The translations under genes and the position numbers were made by a program. Source: an uncultured Fibrobacterales bacterium (GTDB taxonomy: Bacteria; Fibrobacterota; Fibrobacteria; Fibrobacterales; CAWVXU01). From it: a stretch of DNA of 47,924 nucleotides. This document shows, one piece after another, positions 9,424-17,606 of this stretch (positions are counted from its first letter, which is position 1; each line of letters opens with the position of its first letter). Where the stretch lies: assembly GCA_963934255.1 (NCBI GenBank), contig CAWVXU010000010.1, positions 1-47,924 of the forward strand, read 5' to 3'. The notes below the pieces were generated by a model. That model made no database searches, had not been told where the DNA came from, and worked only from the letters and a program-made list of their open reading frames with translations.

Positions 9424-10590
9424 ATGGAAAAACTGACACACAATACAAATCGCCTTTGGTTAGGTAGAATCCTGAGAGTACTTAGGGTTCTCTTACTTCT
9501 ACCTGTAATCTATTTTATTCTCAATGAACAACCCTGGTCCTCATTTAGCTTACTCATGGGTGTTGCATTTTTAACCTATATAATAGGGTTTCAAGTCAAA
9601 CCGTATGAAATTGAAAAACCATATTATACCCTTTGGACCCGGTTTTTTGAAATGGGGTTTAGTGCCTTAATTTCAACTACTTTACTCTATAAGCAGTGGT
9701 GGAGTATTGATGATGCAGTTCTACCAAAATTCATTTTTAGTGCAACTCTGATTCTTATAGCTAGAATGATAATATATCCATTTTTTGCCATATCACTTAT
9801 TAGGGCTCAAAAAGAGTTACGCTATAGCTCATTTTGGGCCAGATCTGCTCGAGTAGTCATTCTATTATCCTTAGCTCTTTCAACACTGAATTTTGAATAT
9901 TACGTTGACATTAGTCTTGGGATTTTAATCCTCTATTTACTTGCAACTGCCATTGCATTTGTCTACAGATACTACAGAGATCCAGACCATCGCAAACCCC
10001 TCAGTATTGCTTCCCAAATAACAACCTCTCGAATTGTTTTAACGCCTGTTTTTATCCTTGTCTTTTTTTATGACAACGATTTACTTTACCACAATAATCA
10101 TCCCATTTTCAAATGGCTAGCATTGATTATGGTTGTCTCATTTATGGCAACCGATTGGCTTGACGGTTATCTTGCAAGAAAAATGGGCGATGTATCTACA
10201 CTCGGTAAATTCCTTGACCCCTTTTCTGATAAAATTTCAAATATGACAATCTTTTTGTGCTTTATGTCATCAGGGTACGCAAATATTTGGATGGTCGCAT
10301 TAATTTACTTCAGAGAAGCTTCAGTAGAGACTCTTAGGACTCTTGGTGCAACTAAAAATGTCACTATTGCTGCTCGTCCAAGTGGCAAATATAAGACAGC
10401 CATACAAGGTGGTGGCATTCTCATAATTTTAACTGGTGCTCTTGATAGTGTTCAACGACTCATTCCTGGTTTTGATCAAATATGGGAATATTTGCCGCAA
10501 ACTTGTATGACAATTATCACTGTCGTGACACTACTATCAGGTATTGACTATTTCATTTCCAACCGCAATGTTTTGAAACACTACTTATAA
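9424..10590 (+). CDS. pgsA: PgsA-like CDP-alcohol phosphatidyltransferase with an extra N-terminal membrane domain
   Basis: C-half has TDWLDGYLARKMGDVSTLGKFLDPFSDK (DxxDGxxAR...GxxxDxxxD) and GKYKT; about twice normal PgsA length. Confidence 0.85.
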   Translation: MEKLTHNTNRLWLGRILRVLRVLLLLPVIYFILNEQPWSSFSLLMGVAFLTYIIGFQVKPYEIEKPYYTLWTRFFEMGFSALISTTLLYKQWWSIDDAVLPKFIFSATLILIARMIIYPFFAISLIRAQKELRYSSFWARSARVVILLSLALSTLNFEYYVDISLGILILYLLATAIAFVYRYYRDPDHRKPLSIASQITTSRIVLTPVFILVFFYDNDLLYHNNHPIFKWLALIMVVSFMATDWLDGYLARKMGDVSTLGKFLDPFSDKISNMTIFLCFMSSGYANIWMVALIYFREASVETLRTLGATKNVTIAARPSGKYKTAIQGGGILIILTGALDSVQRLIPGFDQIWEYLPQTCMTIITVVTLLSGIDYFISNRNVLKHYL

Positions 10591-10595
10591 GGGGC

Positions 10596-11285
10596 TCAAG
10601 AGTCAAATGACTCACTAAAACTTTTAAATGAGAACCAAGTACGACTAGAGTCTACTTGGTTTTTTATTTGCTCATAACCAAAGCCCCAACAAGCTAGATG
10701 AAAATCCACGTGCACATGAGTTGTGTTGTTGACTTCTTCACAAGCCATCAAATCGGTCAGGGTATCACCTAAATAAACGATATGTTTGAAATTTTGTTCT
10801 CGGCACATATTAAAAATATTTTGAGCCTTAGATAGTCCTGTGGCTCCATGTGATTTAAAGTCAACTAATTTAAATCTATCGGCTTTATTAAGAAATATTT
10901 CAATGTAGCCGGCTTGACAGTTTGATATAATCCCCAATAGATGCTTTTGTGATAGTAGGGCTAAGCCACTATTTATCCCTGAGTATAGTTCACCACCCTC
11001 AACATCTAAAATTTCTGATTCGAATTCTTCTAGATATATACCTAGTTTTTTTCTCGTATCGTAATCATATTCAGGGAATAACTGAAGAAATATATTATCA
11101 AAAGATTTCCCCATTATTGACTGTATTTCTGCATGAGTAATTACACCGCGCCCACAAGAATGTGATTTTCTCCAGCTATCAAGTCCAAGGTTCCATGCTT
11201 TAAGAACAGCGTCGCATGAATCCCAAAGAGTGCCATCTAAATCAAATACGATAGGGATAGTTTTATAGTCTAAAGACGAACTCAT
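10596..11285 (-). CDS. HAD-superfamily hydrolase (phosphatase, Gph-like)
   Basis: FDLDGTLWDS motif I, SNC motif II, K motif III, GDTLTD motif IV; ATGA overlap with upstream gene. Confidence 0.92.
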   Translation of the reverse strand: MSSSLDYKTIPIVFDLDGTLWDSCDAVLKAWNLGLDSWRKSHSCGRGVITHAEIQSIMGKSFDNIFLQLFPEYDYDTRKKLGIYLEEFESEILDVEGGELYSGINSGLALLSQKHLLGIISNCQAGYIEIFLNKADRFKLVDFKSHGATGLSKAQNIFNMCREQNFKHIVYLGDTLTDLMACEEVNNTTHVHVDFHLACWGFGYEQIKNQVDSSRTWFSFKSFSESFDS

Positions 11286-11947
11286 TTGCGCTTTATTACT
11301 GTGGATGCAACTTTATCTTCCAACCCAAAGAGCGTATTATAGAGGTCTAAAAAGTCACCTACCCAGAGTGGGTCAGCTGAACTTAAAATTTTAAATGCTT
11401 CACCAAAATTATAGCGGTTATTGTAGGGTCCAATTCCTTCTATTTGAATATCACTTTGGACAATTGATTTTAAGGCTTCCATATCGCCAATAGCACCAAA
11501 GGATTGATGAATTCTATCAATCACCCAAATACGTAGTTCATTGAGTTCTTCTAACCTCAATTCATCCTGATTTAATTTTTCAGATAATAGTTTGAAGTTA
11601 TAATTTATCTCATCAAATTCAAACCTCGGAATTAAATGTCTAAAATCTTGTAGTCTATCTCGAAGTAATTTGAGTTGACCCCCAAACCACTCGTGGCTCC
11701 AAACATTTGTAAATGGCTCATATGGGCCAATATCAACATTCTCATGATTGGTTTTTTTATGCGTTTCTAACCATTTAACAACTCGAACAAGAATTCGTTC
11801 ACCTAAGCTATCCTGACCGACATCATAAAAATCAAAAGATTTACTCAGCAAAGATTCAACATAAGAAAACTTCCAATATGGAATTTCATTTGTTATTTGA
11901 AAGTCTCGCAGTTTTGATTGCCACTGAAGCTTTTGTGCATATTCCAA
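11282..11947 (-). CDS. DUF2894-like protein (Zorya type III ZorG-like)
   Basis: C-terminal IGPYNNRYNFGEAFKILSSADPLWVGDFLDLYNTLFGLE resembles the DUF2894 GPLNS...SP.Y...F..Y...L..L pattern; directly after the MotB/OmpA gene. Confidence 0.65.
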   Translation of the reverse strand: MEYAQKLQWQSKLRDFQITNEIPYWKFSYVESLLSKSFDFYDVGQDSLGERILVRVVKWLETHKKTNHENVDIGPYEPFTNVWSHEWFGGQLKLLRDRLQDFRHLIPRFEFDEINYNFKLLSEKLNQDELRLEELNELRIWVIDRIHQSFGAIGDMEALKSIVQSDIQIEGIGPYNNRYNFGEAFKILSSADPLWVGDFLDLYNTLFGLEDKVASTVIKRK

Positions 11948-11949
11948 CT

Positions 11950-12639
11950 TTATTGACCTGAAGTAAATGCAAATTTATTGCGTTCAAAAGGAACTCTACG
12001 GATTTCAACTCTGCGATTAATTGCACGATTTTTTTTAGAATCATTAGGAACTTTTGGCTGAAATTCTCCAAACCCCGCAGCAAAAACACGATTTGGTTCA
12101 AAGCCTTTAGCTATCAAACTTTTAACAACATTAGTTGCGCGTTCTGAAGATAATTCCCAGTTTGAGTATGTTTTACTATCCATGGGTACATCATCAGTAA
12201 ATCCGCAAGCCATCACGAGGAAAGTACTATCACCTTGTGCGGCTACTTTTAATGCCTGAGCCACCAACTGCATCACATTTTGACCTGATTGGGTTATTAC
12301 AGCACTGCCATTTGGAAATAACAAGGATTCCTGAATATCGATGCCTGCATCAGTAATTGCAATAAGACCCTCTTCTATCGGTGCCTTCAATTGAGCACCC
12401 ATCATGTTTTGATAATTTTTAATTTTTCTGTCAGCTGTCTCTTTAGCTTCTTTCAAAACTTGGTACTCTTGTTCTTTTCGAGTAAAAGCTTCATTCTTTT
12501 TGATGTACTCTTCTTTAAAGCTTTCCTTGATCGTCCATAAGGCGATAAAGGCAAGTAATATCATTGTCATAACACCAAAGCTAAAGTCAGTAAATACTAG
12601 CCACGGTGCACTTTCTTTAGGGCTTTTATACCACGACAT
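11950..12639 (-). CDS. zorB: MotB/OmpA-family membrane protein (ZorB-like)
   Basis: N-terminal TM with W.VFTD (conserved ion-binding Asp); OmpA domain GFTDDVP, NWELSSERA, AGFGEFQP, NRRVEI. Confidence 0.75.
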   Translation of the reverse strand: MSWYKSPKESAPWLVFTDFSFGVMTMILLAFIALWTIKESFKEEYIKKNEAFTRKEQEYQVLKEAKETADRKIKNYQNMMGAQLKAPIEEGLIAITDAGIDIQESLLFPNGSAVITQSGQNVMQLVAQALKVAAQGDSTFLVMACGFTDDVPMDSKTYSNWELSSERATNVVKSLIAKGFEPNRVFAAGFGEFQPKVPNDSKKNRAINRRVEIRRVPFERNKFAFTSGQ

Positions 12640-12642
12640 TGT

Positions 12643-14322
12643 CTAATTCCCTTGAGATGAAGATGAAGACGATGATTGCGAGAGCACTTGCAATAAAATT
12701 TCCTGAGTGCGGATTGAGTTTTCAACAAGTGACTCAGATGCTTTCTCATGAAAAACTTCAAGCGTTGTTTCTAGCTTTTTATAGAAATCCATTTGGTCAG
12801 AATCTTCATCACCTTCTCGGCTCAAATTCTCAACTAGTAACTCAACACCTTTGTTAAACATCTCAATTGTTGATTGCATCTCAACTTGATTGACTTTCAT
12901 GTACTCAGAAGACTGAGCCACACCATCAGTAATTTGACTTAAACCATTCATCATAGTTCCAAGTTTTTCTTGAACATCTGAACTTAAAGCTGTTGTAGAT
13001 TCCAAACCCATCTTGGCTGTGTCTGCAAGTAATTGAAAATCTTCTGATATTTTCTCCAAACCCTCTTGGTTTAGCTTGGTAATCCCAGCTGACAAATTTT
13101 CACTGAAGCTCTGTAGAGAGTTCATCCATTCTTCACCACGAGACTTAAAGTTTCCTAAGAAACTTTGATGTTTAGATTCAAGTGATTCTAAATTTGCTGT
13201 CATTTTCTGTAATCGTTCAGCATCACTTGATTGAGAATTCTCAAGTTGAGATTGAATTCCAACTGATAAATCTTCAAGTAACTTATTTTGTATTTCCTGA
13301 GCAACATTTAGATGAGCTCCAAGACCAGACATTTGGTTTTCAAGCTTCTCAAAGTATTGTGATTGCTTACTTTGAATATCACCAAAGAAAGATTCTCGAG
13401 CACTAACTACTTGATCAAACTCTTGCTTAAGACCTAAAGAAAACTGATTGAGTAATGCTTCATGGTTTTCAGAAAAACGTTTTGAGCTTAGCTCGATAGA
13501 ATGCTCAATACTTTGAGAAAAAGTTCTCTGGTTTAATTCAGAAGAGCTTAATAACTTTTCGTGTGCATCACCTAAAATGTGTTTCAAAGGCTCATGCAAC
13601 GAATCTTCTACAAGCTGAGGAAAAGAGTTTAATGTTTGAGTGAGTTTATTTAAACTATCTGTAATAGGATTATCACTACCTTGATCTAGAGATGGAAGTA
13701 ATTCAAACTGAGTGTATTCTTCTAAGTCTGCATAAAATTCTAAATAACTTTTTTCTAGAGTCTCTTCATTTTTACGCAGGAAAAACGAAGCTGCTAAACC
13801 ACAAAGAGTCGTTCCAAAAATACCCTGCATATTTGAGAAAATTTGAGGAATAATAGCTTCAATATTTTTGGCAGCATCACCCGATATCACACCAGCCTGG
13901 CCTACGACTTCAGCAAGGCCAATAAATGTCCCCAGCAACCCAAGGAGAACAACAGCATAAGAACCATTTCCTACCTGCTTGGAAGCTTGCCTAGCTCCGA
14001 GTATTTCTCGAAAGACACTCGGTGAAACCATTTTGTTATTTTCAGCTAACTTCAGTACTTGAGATTTGCGTTTGGCAACTTCAGACTTCTCGTTGACTGA
14101 TTCACCAGAATTAGCCAATGATAAAGCTACAATTTCATTATTTAATTCATTTACTCCACCTAAAATTCTTTTCTGATGAAAAGAATAGATACCAGCGATG
14201 ATGACCCATATCACCCATGCATAAAGTGGAAATTGATCACGAAAAAATACTGCACTTGCAATAAGAACTCCGAAGCCCATTAAGGACGCAATATTTAGAG
14301 ATGTCTTTGATTTTTGATTCAT
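12643..14322 (-). CDS. zorA: MotA/ExbB-like membrane protein with long helical cytoplasmic tail (ZorA/DUF802-like)
   Basis: Four hydrophobic segments incl. LLGLLGTFIGL and FGTTLCGLAAS, then about 370 aa S/E/Q/L-rich helical tail; start ATG 14322 with AAGGA SD (track start 14340). Confidence 0.75.
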   Translation of the reverse strand: MNQKSKTSLNIASLMGFGVLIASAVFFRDQFPLYAWVIWVIIAGIYSFHQKRILGGVNELNNEIVALSLANSGESVNEKSEVAKRKSQVLKLAENNKMVSPSVFREILGARQASKQVGNGSYAVVLLGLLGTFIGLAEVVGQAGVISGDAAKNIEAIIPQIFSNMQGIFGTTLCGLAASFFLRKNEETLEKSYLEFYADLEEYTQFELLPSLDQGSDNPITDSLNKLTQTLNSFPQLVEDSLHEPLKHILGDAHEKLLSSSELNQRTFSQSIEHSIELSSKRFSENHEALLNQFSLGLKQEFDQVVSARESFFGDIQSKQSQYFEKLENQMSGLGAHLNVAQEIQNKLLEDLSVGIQSQLENSQSSDAERLQKMTANLESLESKHQSFLGNFKSRGEEWMNSLQSFSENLSAGITKLNQEGLEKISEDFQLLADTAKMGLESTTALSSDVQEKLGTMMNGLSQITDGVAQSSEYMKVNQVEMQSTIEMFNKGVELLVENLSREGDEDSDQMDFYKKLETTLEVFHEKASESLVENSIRTQEILLQVLSQSSSSSSSQGN

Positions 14323-14349
14323 CAATATTTCCTTATTCAATAGAATCGT

Positions 14350-15255
14350 TTAGATTATTTGGTCAAAAAGTTCAATTTGCCCACGAGACCATCCGCGAGT
14401 AAATAAAGTCCATTTTTTACGATACCATTCAATTATCTCTAGGCAAATGCCTAAACAAAAATCCACAAAATCTTCCATGTACGCTCTGAAACCTGAGTTC
14501 CAAATACCTAGGTTATTCCATGAACCACCCAGATTTCGGTAAGCCGCTTGTGGAGAACGATAATGGTGCGAACCAGCCCTCTTAATACCATCTCGAAAAC
14601 GTTTTTCCGCTAATAGCTTGATAGAATCTCTGATTTTACGAAATTCCTGTCCTTCCATATCACGGAGACCAAGCTCCAGAGTTGGGAGTAACCTTGAAAT
14701 AGGGCGCATAGAAACTTCAGATTCACCTCTAATCCTCATTTCTTCATACCACTCCTTACAAATCTTATTTTGAATTTTTAAACAACGACTAGAAGTCGTT
14801 ACAATGAGTTTTTCAGCATCGCCTACCATCAGGTGCATATCATGCAAATAAAAATCTTTTAAATCTTTAGCCTTCGTGCCGACATTAACTTTAAAACCCT
14901 GAGGTTCTTCTAAAAGCCAGCTTCCATTCTCAAGACGTTCGACAAATTCATCAACTTCATAGCGCTGAGCCCACTTCTGGCGAAACTCTAGAAATTGAGT
15001 TTCAACATCGTTTGAAAGTTTTCGAAAATGACCAGAGGACTTTTGATTTAAATCTGATGACTCAGAGACCGTTTCCCTAGGGTGGCTAGGATCTAACTTG
15101 ATTTGATCAAGGTTTTCTTTTAGTAAAATTGTATAGTTTGGATCAAATTCAAGTCCAATTTTTTCAAGCATTTGCAGTCGATGATGTGATGCTTTTAACT
15201 CCACCACACTCCTACCTGTAAATTTTCTAAACGCTCTTCTAAAGGACTCTTGCAA
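14350..15255 (-). CDS. Helical hypothetical protein, DUF3348-like (Zorya type III ZorF-like)
   Basis: First gene of the operon, TTG start with GGAG SD; LAEKRF and W.SGFR.YM.DF segments loosely echo the DUF3348 C-terminus; the call is largely positional. Confidence 0.5.
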   Translation of the reverse strand: MQESFRRAFRKFTGRSVVELKASHHRLQMLEKIGLEFDPNYTILLKENLDQIKLDPSHPRETVSESSDLNQKSSGHFRKLSNDVETQFLEFRQKWAQRYEVDEFVERLENGSWLLEEPQGFKVNVGTKAKDLKDFYLHDMHLMVGDAEKLIVTTSSRCLKIQNKICKEWYEEMRIRGESEVSMRPISRLLPTLELGLRDMEGQEFRKIRDSIKLLAEKRFRDGIKRAGSHHYRSPQAAYRNLGGSWNNLGIWNSGFRAYMEDFVDFCLGICLEIIEWYRKKWTLFTRGWSRGQIELFDQII

Positions 15256-15375
15256 GTTTACTCCAATAATTATTTGTACCGTTGGTGAAAATATAGCAAA
15301 GCACCTTTTGATTTGGTTTAGTGAAGATCAGAAACTATATTAAGGTTATATAAATCTCTACACCGAATTAAAGTT

Positions 15376-16230
15376 ATGACATTTGCTAAAAACAAAAACC
15401 GAATTTTAAAGACTCTGACTCAACGCTTACTCGAAGAAAAAAGTATGAGCGAAATAGCTAAAGCACTTTATGATGAGTTGCGCGAATTGCTGAATATCCA
15501 CCGACTAGGCATTGCTGTGGTTTCTGATGACCGTAAAAGTATTAATTCCCGACTCAATCTTTCTACAACGAAATTGAAGCTGTTCAAGGGATATAAAGTT
15601 CCCTTAGAATCAAGTTCACTAAAATCTGTCATTAATTCAGGTAGATCGCGAATTATCCCTGACCTTACTGCATATCTCAAAGCCAAACCCACCTCCGTAT
15701 CCACTAGGCTTATTATATCTGAAGGCATGAAATCAAGCGTGACTATGCCCCTTATTTCAAACAAGAAACCTATAGGGGTTTTGTTTTTATCTAGCCAGGA
15801 TTTATCCGCGTTTCAAGAAGCTCATATTGATTTTATTGAAGACTTCCTGCCCATTATCGCATTGAGCCTTGAGCGTGGTCTTTTGCAAGAAAAACTAGAA
15901 GAAACTAGCCGAGCATTAAATCTTGCTATTACCGAAAAAGAAGGGCTTTCAGACGCTCTACTTAAATATGGTAAGAAAACCGAAGAGTCATTGGACAAGG
16001 CTGCTGACCCAGCTGAAGAAAGTTTGTTGCAAACCTATCCTTCGCCCTTAAGGTTTGAGCAACCCATGTCTTGGCAAGCATGGGAGCGTGAAATAATTCA
16101 TTACACTTTAACTATTTCAAAAGGGAAAATATATGGCAAAAATGGTGCTGCCGACATCCTTGACCTTGCCCCTACAACTTTGCAATCAAAAATGAAACGA
16201 CTCGGTGTGAGAAAAAATTCTGATGCCTAA
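15376..16230 (+). CDS. GAF domain + Fis-type HTH regulator lacking the sigma54 AAA+ domain
   Basis: GAF (EGMKSSVTMPLI..K.IGVL.L.S...AF), coiled coil, then FhlA-like HTH (GKIYGKNGAADILDLAPTTLQSKMKRLG); no Walker A or GAFTGA. Confidence 0.85.
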   Translation: MTFAKNKNRILKTLTQRLLEEKSMSEIAKALYDELRELLNIHRLGIAVVSDDRKSINSRLNLSTTKLKLFKGYKVPLESSSLKSVINSGRSRIIPDLTAYLKAKPTSVSTRLIISEGMKSSVTMPLISNKKPIGVLFLSSQDLSAFQEAHIDFIEDFLPIIALSLERGLLQEKLEETSRALNLAITEKEGLSDALLKYGKKTEESLDKAADPAEESLLQTYPSPLRFEQPMSWQAWEREIIHYTLTISKGKIYGKNGAADILDLAPTTLQSKMKRLGVRKNSDA

Positions 16231-16352
16231 TCATAAACTATATATAGGTATTTGATAAATCCAACCTTTCTTGAGCTAATTTATCAAGGTATTCTAGCCC
16301 TAAAGTTGTATATTTAATGATTATAATCCACTTTTATCGCAAGGATATGCAA

Positions 16353-16580
16353 ATGGCTATTACTAGAGTTTGGCTTGACGAGTCTGAAAACGAATGCACA
16401 ATGTGTGGTGCTTGTGAAGCAATCGCACCTGATGTTTTTGAAGTCCCTGAAAAAATGATTGTTGTTGAAGGCGCCGACTTCAGCCTAGACGAAGAGATTG
16501 AAGAGGCGGCAGAAGGTTGTCCTGTTGCAACTATCGCATTCGAATTTGACAATTCTGGAGAACGGGCAAATAACTATTAA
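16353..16580 (+). CDS. Single-cluster [4Fe-4S] ferredoxin
   Basis: CTMCGAC...APDVF...AAEGCPV; AAGGA SD supports ATG 16353. Confidence 0.93.
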   Translation: MAITRVWLDESENECTMCGACEAIAPDVFEVPEKMIVVEGADFSLDEEIEEAAEGCPVATIAFEFDNSGERANNY

Positions 16581-16640
16581 CACATGGTGATTGATAGTGA
16601 ACATGCGTAAGTATCAGAATTAAGATTTCAGAAGATATTT

Positions 16641-16675
16641 AAAAAGGGAGCCGTTTAGTTACGGTTCCCTTTTTT
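16641..16675. terminator. Bidirectional intrinsic terminator
   Basis: aaaaagggagccgt-ttagtt-acggttcccttttt hairpin between convergent genes. Confidence 0.9.
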
Positions 16676-16714
16676 ATTTAAAATTAATTTGAACTAATCT
16701 AAGCTCTCTGGACT

Positions 16715-17110
16715 TCAAGGAATCAATTTGAGTTGCGTCAAAACGCGGACCAAATGGTCTTTTTTTACTGGCTTAATAATATATCCCTCACAACCATCAT
16801 TAAATGATTCAATAATATCCATACGGTCATCAAGAGCAGTAGTCATTACAATCTTCACTCTATTGGATTCTGCAACATCATACTCTAGCTCTAATTGACG
16901 TAAACTTTGCAAAACAGCCCTTCCATCCATTCCAGGCATGACAATATCTAATGTCACAAGGTCAAAGTTTTCACCAGACTCCAAACCAATTTTAAAAACC
17001 TTAACAGCCTCATAACCAGTAGAAGCAGTCTGGCAGTTACCAAATTCATCCATGTAACTTTTTAACAACTTACGAACAACTAAGTTGTCATCAACAATTA
17101 AAATATTCAT
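16715..17110 (-). CDS. Single-domain (CheY-like) response regulator
   Basis: ILIVDD, LDIVMPGMDG, MTTA, YIIKP. Confidence 0.95.
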   Translation of the reverse strand: MNILIVDDNLVVRKLLKSYMDEFGNCQTASTGYEAVKVFKIGLESGENFDLVTLDIVMPGMDGRAVLQSLRQLELEYDVAESNRVKIVMTTALDDRMDIIESFNDGCEGYIIKPVKKDHLVRVLTQLKLIP

Positions 17111-17111
17111 A

Positions 17112-17507
17112 CTATTTAATCAATCCAAGGCGACTAATAGCCTCCATTAATTTGATTTGTTCAATTGGCTTCACAATGTATGACTCACAACCTGACTTAA
17201 AGGCCTGAAAGACGTTTTTCTTGTCATCCATAGCAGTAATCATAATCACTTTGACACCACTAATATGGTCTACTGCATTATCAAGCTCCCACTCCCTGAT
17301 AGCGCTTAGTGTCTCATGACCATCAAGACCAGGCATCATTATGTCTAAACAAATAAGATCGAAAGGCTCTTCAGCTTTGGCAGCTTCAACAAATAAGGAC
17401 AAAGCCTCTTCTCCGGAAGCAGCTGGAGAACAAACCCCTACACCTGAAAGTAAACTATTTAGCAATTTACGACTGACAAAATTGTCATCGACAAGTAAGA
17501 TTTTCAT
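17112..17507 (-). CDS. Single-domain (CheY-like) response regulator
   Basis: ILLVDD, LDIMMPGLDG, MITA, YIVKP. Confidence 0.95.
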   Translation of the reverse strand: MKILLVDDNFVSRKLLNSLLSGVGVCSPAASGEEALSLFVEAAKAEEPFDLICLDIMMPGLDGHETLSAIREWELDNAVDHISGVKVIMITAMDDKKNVFQAFKSGCESYIVKPIEQIKLMEAISRLGLIK

Positions 17508-17606
17508 TTAATATCCCTTCAGATAGAGAAATTATAACTCTAGTTCTTAGGTGAAATCAAGCTTTATTTTGCTATTATTTTTCACTCAGATCAAGCGGGT
17601 GATTAA

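Noticed and set aside
11950..14340. Flagellar motAB or exbBD/tolQR
   Set aside because: The long C-terminal tail on the A subunit, OmpA-type B subunit, flanking genes and lack of flagellar/TonB genes fit Zorya-like organisation better
16252..16287. TTGATAAAT...ATTTATCAA inverted repeat as an FNR box upstream of ferredoxin
   Set aside because: Half-site spacing is far longer than TTGAT-N4-ATCAA; AT-rich hairpin of uncertain meaning
10590..16700. Genomic island or prophage boundaries around the Zorya-like locus
   Set aside because: No integrase, transposase, tRNA target or flanking direct repeats, and no compositional shift evident by eye
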